From assembly GCA_000165345.1 (NCBI GenBank), contig CM000429.1, forward strand, positions 640,001-704,000: a stretch of DNA of 64,000 nucleotides, written 5' to 3'. A program made the position numbers and the translations under genes. The notes below the pieces were generated by a model. The model made no database searches, had not been told where the DNA came from, and was given only the letters and a program-made list of their open reading frames with translations. Below are positions 1-9,236 of this stretch, one piece after another (within the stretch, counting starts at the first letter, position 1; the number at the start of each line of letters is the position of its first letter).

Positions 1-309
1 CATTTCTAAGGTAAGAAATAAACTACTAACTCCTTATTACTCATGAAAAATTTATTTTCTATTAAATTACGCAGATATACCATAAATTTATCCTATTTTG
101 GTACAGATATGCAAAGAAAGTGTTTCATTATGGTCTGATACCAGGTACTTATTTATATACTTTGTGGAAAGAGGATGAATTCACACTAAATCCTATCAAG
201 TTAGCACGGGTTCTTATCTAAAACACCTAGAGGTCGTTTTTATTTCCTCTTCCATTTATTAATTATAGTTGTTATAATTCAATAATTTTTTTTTTTCTTC
301 TATTTTTTA

Positions 310-1521
310 TTAGTCCCCTTTCATACTATAAGGCTTATTGAATTTTCCTGGAACATAGTTTTCCCATCTATATGCTGGAAAAACATGTTTGTTCTTTTCG
401 TACCACTGTCTTTTAACTACTTTTCCTGCGTGAGACTAAACAATTGTGAAGAATAGTATTAAAATCATATTATGAAAATTAGGTAAAAGTATGATTTAAC
501 TTACTTCAGTAGTCTCTTTACTGACATCACTTTTTTCACGAATATCATCAAATACATTAAAGTGGAACAAGGGACCTTAAATTTGTCAAAAACATAGGCC
601 AGTTAAAGTTTCCTAATATTTGCTATAAAACCCAAGCTTACCTGATTTCCCTCTAGCCTTAGTCTTAATAAGCTCATGAAAGGTAATTGTATGTGGTAAA
701 ATTACGTCTTCTTTTATATACATTAGAGATGCACTTTAATGAACAAGTTTGAAGGGATAAGTTATAAAATTTGAAAATTTGTGAAAATTGACAGGAATTA
801 GCTATGGATTCTTATTATCAGTTCTAACTTACCTAGAAAGCCTTGAAAATTCTTTGAATTCTGATTTTAGCTTTATTCTACATTTCTCAAGAAATTCGCC
901 AATTGTAGTATTCCTTGGAACATGAACAGATCTTCTGTGGCCACTTCCATCCCAATATGAAAATACAACTTCAATTATCTCTTGTTTCAGTTTCTCTTCT
1001 TTTTCAAATTCCTCTTGTTTCAGTTTTTCTCTTGCTTTCGCTTCTTCAAGCTCTCTTTTTTTATCGGGAAGAAAGGATGTATCTATAGATGTATCTTTTC
1101 CTATTGTACTAAAGTCAAACTCTGAGTGTTTTTCTAAAGATTCTGTGGATTTGTTTTCTCCTGATAAAGAATCTTTTATAGCTGTTAAAGTAATTTCTTT
1201 GGATATAGTCTCTGATCGGTCCTCTTTATCAGGAATTTGGTCTGGTATATCGTCTCCTTGATTAAATTCGAATGATAAGGTATTGTATTTCATCTTTTTA
1301 GGTTTGGATTCCGGAATGATCTTTGTTTTCTTTGAAACATTTTCAGGCTTAATCCCCCTTCGAATATCACTTATATGCCTTTTATAAGTTTCCATAGAAA
1401 CAAGTCCCATAGTTCTTGACCTAAACTGCTCCTCATCCTCAGTAGACTTACTGTAAAACATCTCCTCTATACTTTTCATCGTTTGCTTCAACACTGCATC
1501 CAAGACTAATAAAAGCAGCAA
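310..1521 (-). CDS. XAP5/FAM50-family nuclear protein homolog, multi-exon. Minus-strand exons approx 833..1505(1521), 642..733, 505..575, 310..435. The N-terminal exon(s) upstream of 1521 are unresolved.
   Basis: ORF 829..1521 carries [11 protein letters not shown]...IGEFLEKC. Three downstream exons joined by GTAAGT/AG introns of 99, 66 and 69 nt encode [31 protein letters not shown] / [23 protein letters not shown] / [27 protein letters not shown]...stop, matching the conserved XAP5 C-terminus (compared with Arabidopsis XCT from memory). The track ORF ends at a TAA inside the donor AG|GTAAGT. Confidence 0.8.
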
Positions 1522-1759
1522 GTTACAAAACTATTAAAATAAATATTTAAAAAAACTATTAAGATTTCACATGAATTCCTATTTGTGAAAATTTCAATAA
1601 AAGTAGATGGACTATTAAAATACAAGTAAAAATAGAGCTTTGCCGCTTAATATAAAAAATGACGTGGAGGCAAACCTTCAAGGGATAAACTTAGAGAGTG
1701 AAGAAAAGAATAAGAGCAATAAAGAAAATAAGACCAAAAATATACGACAATACTTTCAT

Positions 1760-4015
1760 TTATGAATCAAGGGTCTTCTTAAATTGATTAAACCATTCGG
1801 ATAATTCTTGTTTAATGGATAAATTTTTGTAATCTCCTTGATCATTCTCAGAAATCGTAAGAGATTGTAGATCTCTGGAGATATTCTCTTCATCTACTAA
1901 TGTGAGAGGTCTCTCAAGACGAGCTAACATATTTTCCAAATAATCCGAACTGACTCCTCTGATACGTAGCCATGGATGATCAAGCAAAGTTTGAGCTCCA
2001 GGCCTCATCCTGGGGTCTAAGGCCAAAAATGAATATAAGAATAAGGAAAAATTGTGGGCCTCAAATTTGTTGATACAGTATTTATGAATAAGAACTGACT
2101 TCAGATCCCAATATTGAAGCTTGGAGATTTTGTGTAATTTATTATGTTTATTAAAAAATCTTTTTGAATGTTTTCCTGATTTGATCAAAGACTTAGGAAA
2201 TTCTCCAAGAAGCTCAATCATCTGAGCAAGATGATCATCGTCACCACTAAAATCTTCTGTTGCCTTGGGAGTGAAGAGAAGATCACCGGTTAGAAGTTCA
2301 AAGATTGTGCATCCTAAGCTCCAAATGTCAGCAGACCAATCGTAACCCGCGCCTACAATAACTTCAGGACTCCTATATTGCCTGGTCTGAATATCTTGAC
2401 TAAAATGCTTATTCATCCAGCAAGCATTCCCAAGATCTACAATGAAGTACTCTGCTTCATTTCTAGAAAACGTGTTAGGATTTACACTAATTTGTTTAAT
2501 AACATTGGAAACCTCCATAATTTTTTCCTCATTAACCTCAAAACGAAGAGCTTTCGAATCTGCCTTCGAGTTCTTTGAAAACTTATGATTTTCTTGTGAT
2601 AATAGTTCTGAACCTCCAACATAACTTTTGTTCCATTGAGTGAGAGGAAGTAAATGAGTATATCTTTGCTCGTCATTTGCAATATACTGCTGAGGATGGT
2701 AAACTTCATACAAGTGATGATGATAAGGTGGTTTTATTAAAGGAAACTGGTTTAAGTTATTCATGTTAGAATTGAAGCTAAAATTCTCCAATTTGCTCTG
2801 CTCAGTAGAGCTTTTTTCCAACTTCTTTGAATTAAAATTGATTTGATAATAACTTGAATGAGTTGGGTCTGAAGGCATTGGTTTCAGATGAAGCTTTAAA
2901 AATGGAGGAGTAGATAATCTTTTTCCTTTTTCAGAAGCTTCAGTATTTTTGGCCTCACCTGGTATACATTCAATAACGTCTTCCTCAGCGTTACTTGACT
3001 CGGTAGCCTGAGAACCTAACTTTTGCTTGTTTTTTCTCTGATTTTTCCTCTTTAACCTTCTTCTTTCTTTAGCGTTTAAACCATGATACTGGGTTGAATT
3101 TCCATTGCTGGAGTCATTGATATTACTATTATGAATAGAGTCAGTGGTTGTTGAATTTGTTATTTCAGTTGCTGTAGTAACGTCTTTAATATTATTATCA
3201 GAATTAGAACCATCCCGAATGTGGTGGTCGTCTGATTCTTTGATGTTTGAGGAATCAGCATCGTACTTTTCCTCAGTGTTGATAACTCTAAAATCAACCA
3301 TGGGAATAGAAGAGCTTGAAACAACTATGTTTTCTGGTTTAATATCAGTGTGTATTACACCACAAATACGATGCAAATAGTCCAATCCAATTAACGAATG
3401 GGCAGCAATCTTCCTGACTATATCAATTGGAACTCCTTTATAGTCATACAAGCTGATTAATTGCAAGATATTCGGCCCCAATACTTCAAATACCATACAA
3501 ACATGTTGGCCATTTGGACCTGAAACCTCAAAGTAATCAATAAAACCTACAACACCATTAAAGTTCCTTGAAAATGGACGAGTAAAATTCTCAATACAAC
3601 TTTCCAAATGTCTATTCAAAGATTCCCTCCACTCCTCTCCACTAGCATGGTTCTTAGTAGCCGTTAATATCTCCATTTCGTCATATGCAGCCTGTCGGTA
3701 CTCTTGGGCTCCTTTTTGGAACTTTAAAGCAAAATAAGTAGTAGGTGTGCTTAAAGTGTCAATAGCCAACCATACTGTTGAAAAATGGCCCCATCCTAAC
3801 TTCGAAACAATCAAATATCTACCATTATAAACCTCCCCAATCGATACTGGGTGGTAACCTCCAACTTTGTAATCCTCTTGTGATTCATTCCAACAATCTG
3901 CTGGAATGGTTGGCTCATCATAATCATGCTCAATATGCTGATTTTCTCCGCTCACTTTAAGATGTTGAGCTCCAAGATTTTGATTTGGATTACTCATTTT
4001 CCCCAAATTTTCCAT
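1760..4015 (-). CDS. Serine/arginine-rich protein kinase (SRPK-type CMGC kinase) with a long low-complexity spacer insert
   Basis: GWGHFSTVWLA glycine loop and HTDIKPENI catalytic loop; kinase domain split by an N/S/K-rich spacer, as in SRPK1/Sky1; C-terminal SPE...DWSADIWS...HPWL motifs. ATG at 4013..4015. Confidence 0.8.
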   Translation of the reverse strand: MENLGKMSNPNQNLGAQHLKVSGENQHIEHDYDEPTIPADCWNESQEDYKVGGYHPVSIGEVYNGRYLIVSKLGWGHFSTVWLAIDTLSTPTTYFALKFQKGAQEYRQAAYDEMEILTATKNHASGEEWRESLNRHLESCIENFTRPFSRNFNGVVGFIDYFEVSGPNGQHVCMVFEVLGPNILQLISLYDYKGVPIDIVRKIAAHSLIGLDYLHRICGVIHTDIKPENIVVSSSSIPMVDFRVINTEEKYDADSSNIKESDDHHIRDGSNSDNNIKDVTTATEITNSTTTDSIHNSNINDSSNGNSTQYHGLNAKERRRLKRKNQRKNKQKLGSQATESSNAEEDVIECIPGEAKNTEASEKGKRLSTPPFLKLHLKPMPSDPTHSSYYQINFNSKKLEKSSTEQSKLENFSFNSNMNNLNQFPLIKPPYHHHLYEVYHPQQYIANDEQRYTHLLPLTQWNKSYVGGSELLSQENHKFSKNSKADSKALRFEVNEEKIMEVSNVIKQISVNPNTFSRNEAEYFIVDLGNACWMNKHFSQDIQTRQYRSPEVIVGAGYDWSADIWSLGCTIFELLTGDLLFTPKATEDFSGDDDHLAQMIELLGEFPKSLIKSGKHSKRFFNKHNKLHKISKLQYWDLKSVLIHKYCINKFEAHNFSLFLYSFLALDPRMRPGAQTLLDHPWLRIRGVSSDYLENMLARLERPLTLVDEENISRDLQSLTISENDQGDYKNLSIKQELSEWFNQFKKTLDS

Positions 4016-4334
4016 TATTGTAAAAGTGTATTTACACTTATAAGGAATTAAAAATACTCAATTTTCTTTAAACTATTTAAAGTTTAGTAGTAAGTTTAAA
4101 ACATCCTAGATATGTACTTAGTAGATGATTTGATTAGCATAAACTTTCTTATCAATAAATTTCAGAATATCAAATCGCTTAGTACTTGAACCAAACTTTT
4201 TTTAATTTTATTTTTATTAATTTAATTATCTTATTCATTTACCCATGTCCACTTTTTTAGCGCCAAACGTGGTAACTTAAAACACCGGTATAGTAATAAT
4301 AAAAAGAAAAATAAAATTTTGGACGCAGTGAGGA

Positions 4335-4385
<51 letters not shown>

Positions 4386-4642
4386 ACAGACTTCATGTAA
4401 AATAATTAATTCAGCAATTTGTTGATTGTTATTTTTACTAATCAAAGACTATCCCGACATTACTTTCATTAACGATAGCATTTAAATATTTGTGCAGGTT
4501 AATATTCTGTGTGAATTGAGCAAATTAACACACTAAGTTTTTTTGATTTTTTAAGTTGGGTAATTGGTTGGTAATACTAAGATTTTCATTACTGTAATAT
4601 TGTCTTTTAAAGTTTAGTGAGTAATCTCTCATATTTTCAAAA

Positions 4643-5809
4643 ATGATGGAAAGTATCCTTATTCAAGGTCTGGTTGGTTCAATCATTGTTTATATGGTTT
4701 TTTCTAGAGGGAAAAATAACCTTCTTTTATTTCCAAGGCTTAATAAATTCAGATATATTATATCTATTTTATTATGCTCGTCAATAATAGCTTACACAAT
4801 TGTCTCAAAGCCACAAACATATTATGACATTATTCAAGTAGATAGATGGGCTCCTAGAACAGAACTAGTTCAAGCAATTAGAATTGCAAAGAAGAAGTAT
4901 CACCCCGATAAAAATAAGCTGGATGAAAAGTCAAACTATACTGAACTTTTCTATGAAATTCAAAAGATTGAAACTGTCTTCAGTTCTGAAACAAAGAGAA
5001 ATAATTATAATAAATATGGAGATTTTAGAGCTGATGGTAATATCGAAGACAGAAATATTATTCTATGCCTTATTTTAGGTGCTGCTTTTCATGTTTACTC
5101 CTGTTTATTTGGACTATTCTTATCATTCCCCTCCATATTCAGAAAATCAAGAGGATTATTCCCAGTATATTCCATTGCAGTTTTTTGTGCTGAACTACAT
5201 ATGAGACTTTCCGATGACCCCAATCCACTTTCATTTTTACCAGTTATTGGAGGATTACTTCCTTTTGAAAAGATTCGAGTGTTAAGATCTCTTTTTACAT
5301 GCGTTTTGATTATCTCCTTTGTCTATGCATCAAATTACTACCGAGATTATGATGAAATTCTTAATGGTATGCTTAAAGGAAATCTAATCACTAATAAAAG
5401 AATTATTGATTTGACTCAGTCACTCATTGTACAACTTCAGACTCATGGAATAGGCTCTACTTCTACATCTAGTGGTCAAAACAAGAACAAAAAGAAAAGT
5501 AATTCAACATCATCATCTAACGCCACTCCTCTTCCTCCAAAAATTAAAGTGGATAGCGATAATGAACAAGAAGATCCTCAATTAGAAGTAATTCAGCAAC
5601 TCAGTGAGCCACTTAAGGAACTTGCTTCTACAATGAACGAATCCCAGAAAAAGCAACTTCAGACAGTCTTAAACATCGCTTTTACTGCTAAGGGAAAGGA
5701 GAATAAGAAAGAAGGAGGTGGATTCCTCAGTCGAATTTTTGGGAGCAGTTTCTTTTGGATTATTTTGGTTGGTTACGTTTTTCAAATTATCAAGAACTAT
5801 CTTTCCTAA
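4643..5809 (+). CDS. Membrane-anchored J-domain (DnaJ/Hsp40) protein
   Basis: J-domain motif YYDIIQV...KKKYHPDKNK after an N-terminal hydrophobic helix, with several further hydrophobic segments and a Ser/Lys-rich tail. ATG ATG at 4643. Confidence 0.7.
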   Translation: MMESILIQGLVGSIIVYMVFSRGKNNLLLFPRLNKFRYIISILLCSSIIAYTIVSKPQTYYDIIQVDRWAPRTELVQAIRIAKKKYHPDKNKLDEKSNYTELFYEIQKIETVFSSETKRNNYNKYGDFRADGNIEDRNIILCLILGAAFHVYSCLFGLFLSFPSIFRKSRGLFPVYSIAVFCAELHMRLSDDPNPLSFLPVIGGLLPFEKIRVLRSLFTCVLIISFVYASNYYRDYDEILNGMLKGNLITNKRIIDLTQSLIVQLQTHGIGSTSTSSGQNKNKKKSNSTSSSNATPLPPKIKVDSDNEQEDPQLEVIQQLSEPLKELASTMNESQKKQLQTVLNIAFTAKGKENKKEGGGFLSRIFGSSFFWIILVGYVFQIIKNYLS

Positions 5810-6095
5810 GTTTTTTGACTTATATAGGTTTAATTATAGGCTTTAAATGAAAGCTATTTAATCATTAATTCTTCTTTCTATCTAAATTTATTTCTCTATT
5901 CATTTTTCCCCTATTGGATAGGGAATCCTTTTCCTATTGTATTTATTCCACAATGGTTAGGGCCTAGTCCAAATTTACCAATCACAAAAATTTAATACAC
6001 TTGGGCTTTCATTAACAAATCTGATATTTGTGAGCTTATTTGTTGATAAAGAACTTTAAAATAAATAAAAGTTAAAATAAATCACTGAAAAGAAT

Positions 6096-6824
6096 ATGAA
6101 ATTATCAGAAGGAGCATATAGAGCTAAATTGGCTGATATGGTTGGTAACTACAAGGATGTAATTAAAGTACTCACTGAATCTTCTGACTTTAGAGATAAC
6201 TCTCTTATATTGTTATTGGCTGGATCCCTAAGAAACAGAGTTACTTCGATTCGAAATTCTCTCAAATCTATTAAGAGCCAAGAAGAAAAGCTAAGAAAAG
6301 AAAAAAGTCTGAATAATGAATTTATTCAAGTTATTGAGGATATTAAACGAGATTTTGAGGAATCTATCCTCCTAGAAAGTGAAGATGTTATACGCATTAT
6401 TGATGATAACTTGTTAATGTATTCAGAAGAAGGTGCCCGAGCATTTTGTATTAAACTTAAAGGAGATCTAATGAGATATAAAGCTGAAATTCTCAAAGAT
6501 GAGGAAAAGAATCAATGTATTAAACAAGCTGTTGAGTTTTATGAAGATGCTCTTCAACGTGAAAGATCATTCCTAGAAAAATACCCATCAGATCCTTTAT
6601 ACCTAGCAACAATCCTTAATTATACAATACTTAAGTATGACTTATTAGGTAATCCAGAGGGAGCAATGAAATTTGCAAATAGAGCTATTCAAGCAGCAGA
6701 GAATTCCAGATCAGACTCTGAGCAGTTTTCTGAAAATACTGAAAAACTTCTCAAAATCTTAAGAGATAATGTGTCCCAGTGGGAACAAGGATGCAGTGGT
6801 CTGCTAACTAGTGCATTCTTTTAA
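6096..6824 (+). CDS. Divergent 14-3-3-like protein
   Basis: Matches 14-3-3 signature regions: KGDLMRYKAEI (compare KGDYYRYLAEV) and C-terminal LLKILRDNVSQW (compare LLRDNLTLW). Length 242 aa is typical. Confidence 0.65.
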   Translation: MKLSEGAYRAKLADMVGNYKDVIKVLTESSDFRDNSLILLLAGSLRNRVTSIRNSLKSIKSQEEKLRKEKSLNNEFIQVIEDIKRDFEESILLESEDVIRIIDDNLLMYSEEGARAFCIKLKGDLMRYKAEILKDEEKNQCIKQAVEFYEDALQRERSFLEKYPSDPLYLATILNYTILKYDLLGNPEGAMKFANRAIQAAENSRSDSEQFSENTEKLLKILRDNVSQWEQGCSGLLTSAFF

Positions 6825-7658
6825 ACATCTTTAGTACTGATTAAGCCTCTAAGTGTTTCATTAATATTAATGTTTTTCAAATCTTGATTCTTAGAAACTC
6901 CAGCCATCTGAGTTGAATTATTTAAAATTAAAAAGTAATTCGAATTTATTTTTTACACTTACTTTGGCAATCTCTGAAATCTCGTGAACTTTGGGTAAGT
7001 TATCAATAAAATCTACTTGGCCTTGAATAAGTCTAAGAAAATCCTCAATCTAATAATAAAGTTAGATGAGATCCAGAGAAGAATTGGTCATTTATGAGCA
7101 CTTACTAAATCATTCTTATCAATGTTAACAAATAAACAGGCCACATCTTTGGTAGTATCTGTAATTCCAAATGTCTTTAATGTTGCTGAAATCTGAAATG
7201 AAGTGTAAAAGTGTAAATTATAAAATTTAGAATAAACTTTTCTAACTTACATTTGTTGAAGGAGACATATTATAAATAACTTCTGTCTCAAAAGCTTTAG
7301 TTTTTGTTTTACTCTGAAACTTTTTTTTTAATAGACAAATTGAAAGGGAAATTAAAATGTGTTCCAAATTATATATCTGAAAATAGATGTTCAAAAAAAA
7401 AAAAAAAAAGATTTTACTAGTCAATTTGGGAAAAGATACATCTGGAAATGAACCTACCATTCTTGCGTTCATTAATATAACAAATTGTCTAGATTGATCT
7501 TGAGTCAATTCTAGTAATTTTGGATGATTCTTTTTCATAAGAATTTCCAAGAGCTCTTTAGAGTTGTGGATATCTCGTACTAGACAAATAGAAACAAATT
7601 CATCTTTAAGAGACTCGCCAAGAGTAAATCTTTGAAGTTTTTCTTGAATAGAGGCCAT
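6821..7658 (-). CDS. KEOPS/EKC complex subunit CGI121/TPRKB homolog, 5 exons: approx 7458..7658, 7251..7376, 7106..7192, 6963..7049, 6821..6907
   Basis: Exons 2-5 translate to FETEVIYNMSPSTN|ISATLKTFGITDTTKDVACLFVNIDKNDL|IEDFLRLIQGQVDFIDNLPKVHEISEIAK|...LRGLISTKDV*. This is colinear with human TPRKB ([25 protein letters not shown]...QVEGHQVSLKNLPEIMNITEVKK...ICRMSTKDVL). Introns begin with GTAAGT/GTAGGT and end with AG. Track ORF 7242..7658 is only exon 1, an in-frame 81-nt A17-containing intron and exon 2, ending at a TAG just past the exon-2 donor. Confidence 0.75.
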
Positions 7659-7933
7659 TTGGAATATCTACTTTCCTAATAGTAATATCTGAGTTTGAAA
7701 TATGCAATACTGACAAGTCTCGTATATGAAACTCAATTATATTTGGGTCCTATTCAACTACGATAAAATACCCTAAAACTCCTCAACGCACACACACAGC
7801 TTAAGTCTGAGCTATTTTCTCGTAATTTTTATTCTTATTTTTTCTTTTATTAGATTTAACTTTTTATTAGCATGACATTCCCCTTGTCAATATTTAATTA
7901 TTTACTTTTAAATAATTCCCACAAAACCCGTGG

Positions 7934-7944
7934 CCCGCCAAGGT
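7934..7944. promoter_or_regulatory. CCCGCCAAGGT 11-mer (E2F-like TTCCCGCCAA core), copy 1 upstream of RPL27; copy 2 at 9040..9050
   Basis: Identical GC-rich 11-mer on both sides of the RPL27 gene. A CACGTG box at about 7986 also lies in the RPL27 promoter. Confidence 0.35.
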
Positions 7945-8237
7945 GTAGACACAGACTGGTGGTTCAGGACTAAAATTACCGGGCACGTGTTAAATTGTCT
8001 CAAAGGTTTGATTGAGACAAAAAAGGAAAGAAAAATAAATAGGAATTGAATAGTAAGGAAGAATAAGTAAAGTAGCGAATTAAATAGTGTTTAACTTGGA
8101 TTAAATACTGTCAAAAAAACCAACTTTAAAAAATCAATTATAAAGAAAAAGACCGCAAGGTTGGAATAAAACAAAAGAATAAATAATTCTTTAGGTTAAT
8201 TTTTTCAGAGTTTAAACTAGGGAGAAATTTGTTAAAG

Positions 8238-8675
8238 ATGGCGAAATTAATGAAACAAGGTCGCGTGGTTGTATTGCTTAATGGCCGTTATGCAGGAAAG
8301 AAGGCCGTTGTCGTAAATACCTTTGAGTCTGGAACAAAAGACCGTCCATTCCCATTTGTCTTAGTAGCAGGTGTTGAGAAGGCTCCATTAAAGGTACATA
8401 AGAGATTATCTAAGGAAAAGCTCAAGAAGAAGTCTACAATTAAGCCATTCTTGAAGTCAATTAATATGAATCATGTGATGCCAACTCGTTATGTGGTCTC
8501 TGATTTTGACATTAAGCCACTTCTCCAGGGCATTGATATGCAGGAAGCTGACGGCAAGAAACAAGCATTGAGAGCTCTTCATCTTGCTTTCAATGACAAG
8601 CTCATCAATATCCAATCTGAAAAGGGTAAAGCACCAAAGGATTTGATTTTCTTAAGAAAGCCTTTAAGATTCTAA
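8238..8675 (+). CDS. RPL27: 60S ribosomal protein L27e
   Basis: KOW-like N-terminus MAKLMKQGRVVVLLNGRYAGKKAVVV, L27e family, about 145 aa. The track start at 8229 is TTG; the true ATG is at 8238. Confidence 0.9.
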   Translation: MAKLMKQGRVVVLLNGRYAGKKAVVVNTFESGTKDRPFPFVLVAGVEKAPLKVHKRLSKEKLKKKSTIKPFLKSINMNHVMPTRYVVSDFDIKPLLQGIDMQEADGKKQALRALHLAFNDKLINIQSEKGKAPKDLIFLRKPLRF

Positions 8676-9074
8676 ACTCTTTATAGACTAAGTCATCTTA
8701 ATATTTATTTTTGAAAAATATAATTGGTGTTTTTCTCAGCTAATTTGTCTGTTTGTTATTTTTTATTCTTATTTTATTTATTCAGAGCTACATTCCAAGA
8801 GAGTTTCCTCAACATTTTTATCATTTTTGAAAATACAAAATAGTCTGTAGATTATGCAATCCTCTTTGCGAATACAAGCTCTAGTCACTAAATATTAGAA
8901 ATGCTTCAAATCGCGAATAGATGTAATCATACTTTCACTAAAATCCTTCCAAATATTTAGATGCGGTACGTCAGTATTGCCAACTAACCCACAACTATTT
9001 AAACATTTTCTATATTCGAATTATATTAATAACAGAATTCCCGCCAAGGTACCTATGATGGCTTAATTTTTAAA

Positions 9075-9081
9075 GGCGCCA
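9075..9081. promoter_or_regulatory. GGCGCCA site upstream of the KDEL receptor; additional related GC-rich sites at 4256..4268 (TTTAGCGCCAAAC), 17385..17390, 21007..21013 and 61457..61468 (TGGCGCGCGCGC)
   Basis: Recurring GC-core motifs in AT-rich promoters. Confidence 0.35.
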
Positions 9082-9236
9082 GCAAATAACCCACATTTCA
9101 AAACAAAAGAATTAATTATTAATTAATAGGAACAAGGTTTTGAGATAATCCTTTTGGGATTATTTATTAAGATAGAAATCCGATTGAGAATCAAGTATAT
9201 AGGTTTTTGAGCAAGCTTGTTCAGGAAATTATAATT

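Noticed and set aside
2378-3960. Small ORFs 2378..2578, 2482..2709, 3144..3380 and 3778..3960 inside the SRPK gene. The same applies to other 60-100-aa ORFs nested in or antisense to large genes (for example 9786..10031, 10970..11164, 12008..12262, 13714..13959, 16883..17095, 18900..19109, 22750..22977, 33878..34306, 36085..36381, 38499..38681, 41411..41912, 44783..45034, 46136..46396, 56411..56614, 58026..58274, 61697..62512).
   Set aside because: They are overlapped by long ORFs with clear homology or codon structure, and have AT-rich or I/L/F/K-biased composition typical of spurious frames.
7106-7192. Apparent +1 frameshift (extra G) in CGI121 exon 3, and a possible frameshift in the G-run of the coiled-coil gene exon 5 (about 16138..16143)
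   Set aside because: On re-reading the sequence lines, the CGI121 frame is continuous (GTG GCC TGT). The exon-5 frame is continuous if the run is GGG, so both discrepancies came from my own transcription slips. No frameshift is claimed, but exon 5 should be verified.
7242-7658. Treating ORF 7242..7658 as a complete single-exon gene
   Set aside because: It contains an in-frame intron with a 17-nt homopolymer and ends at a stop just past a GTAAGT donor. Homology to TPRKB continues in three downstream exons.
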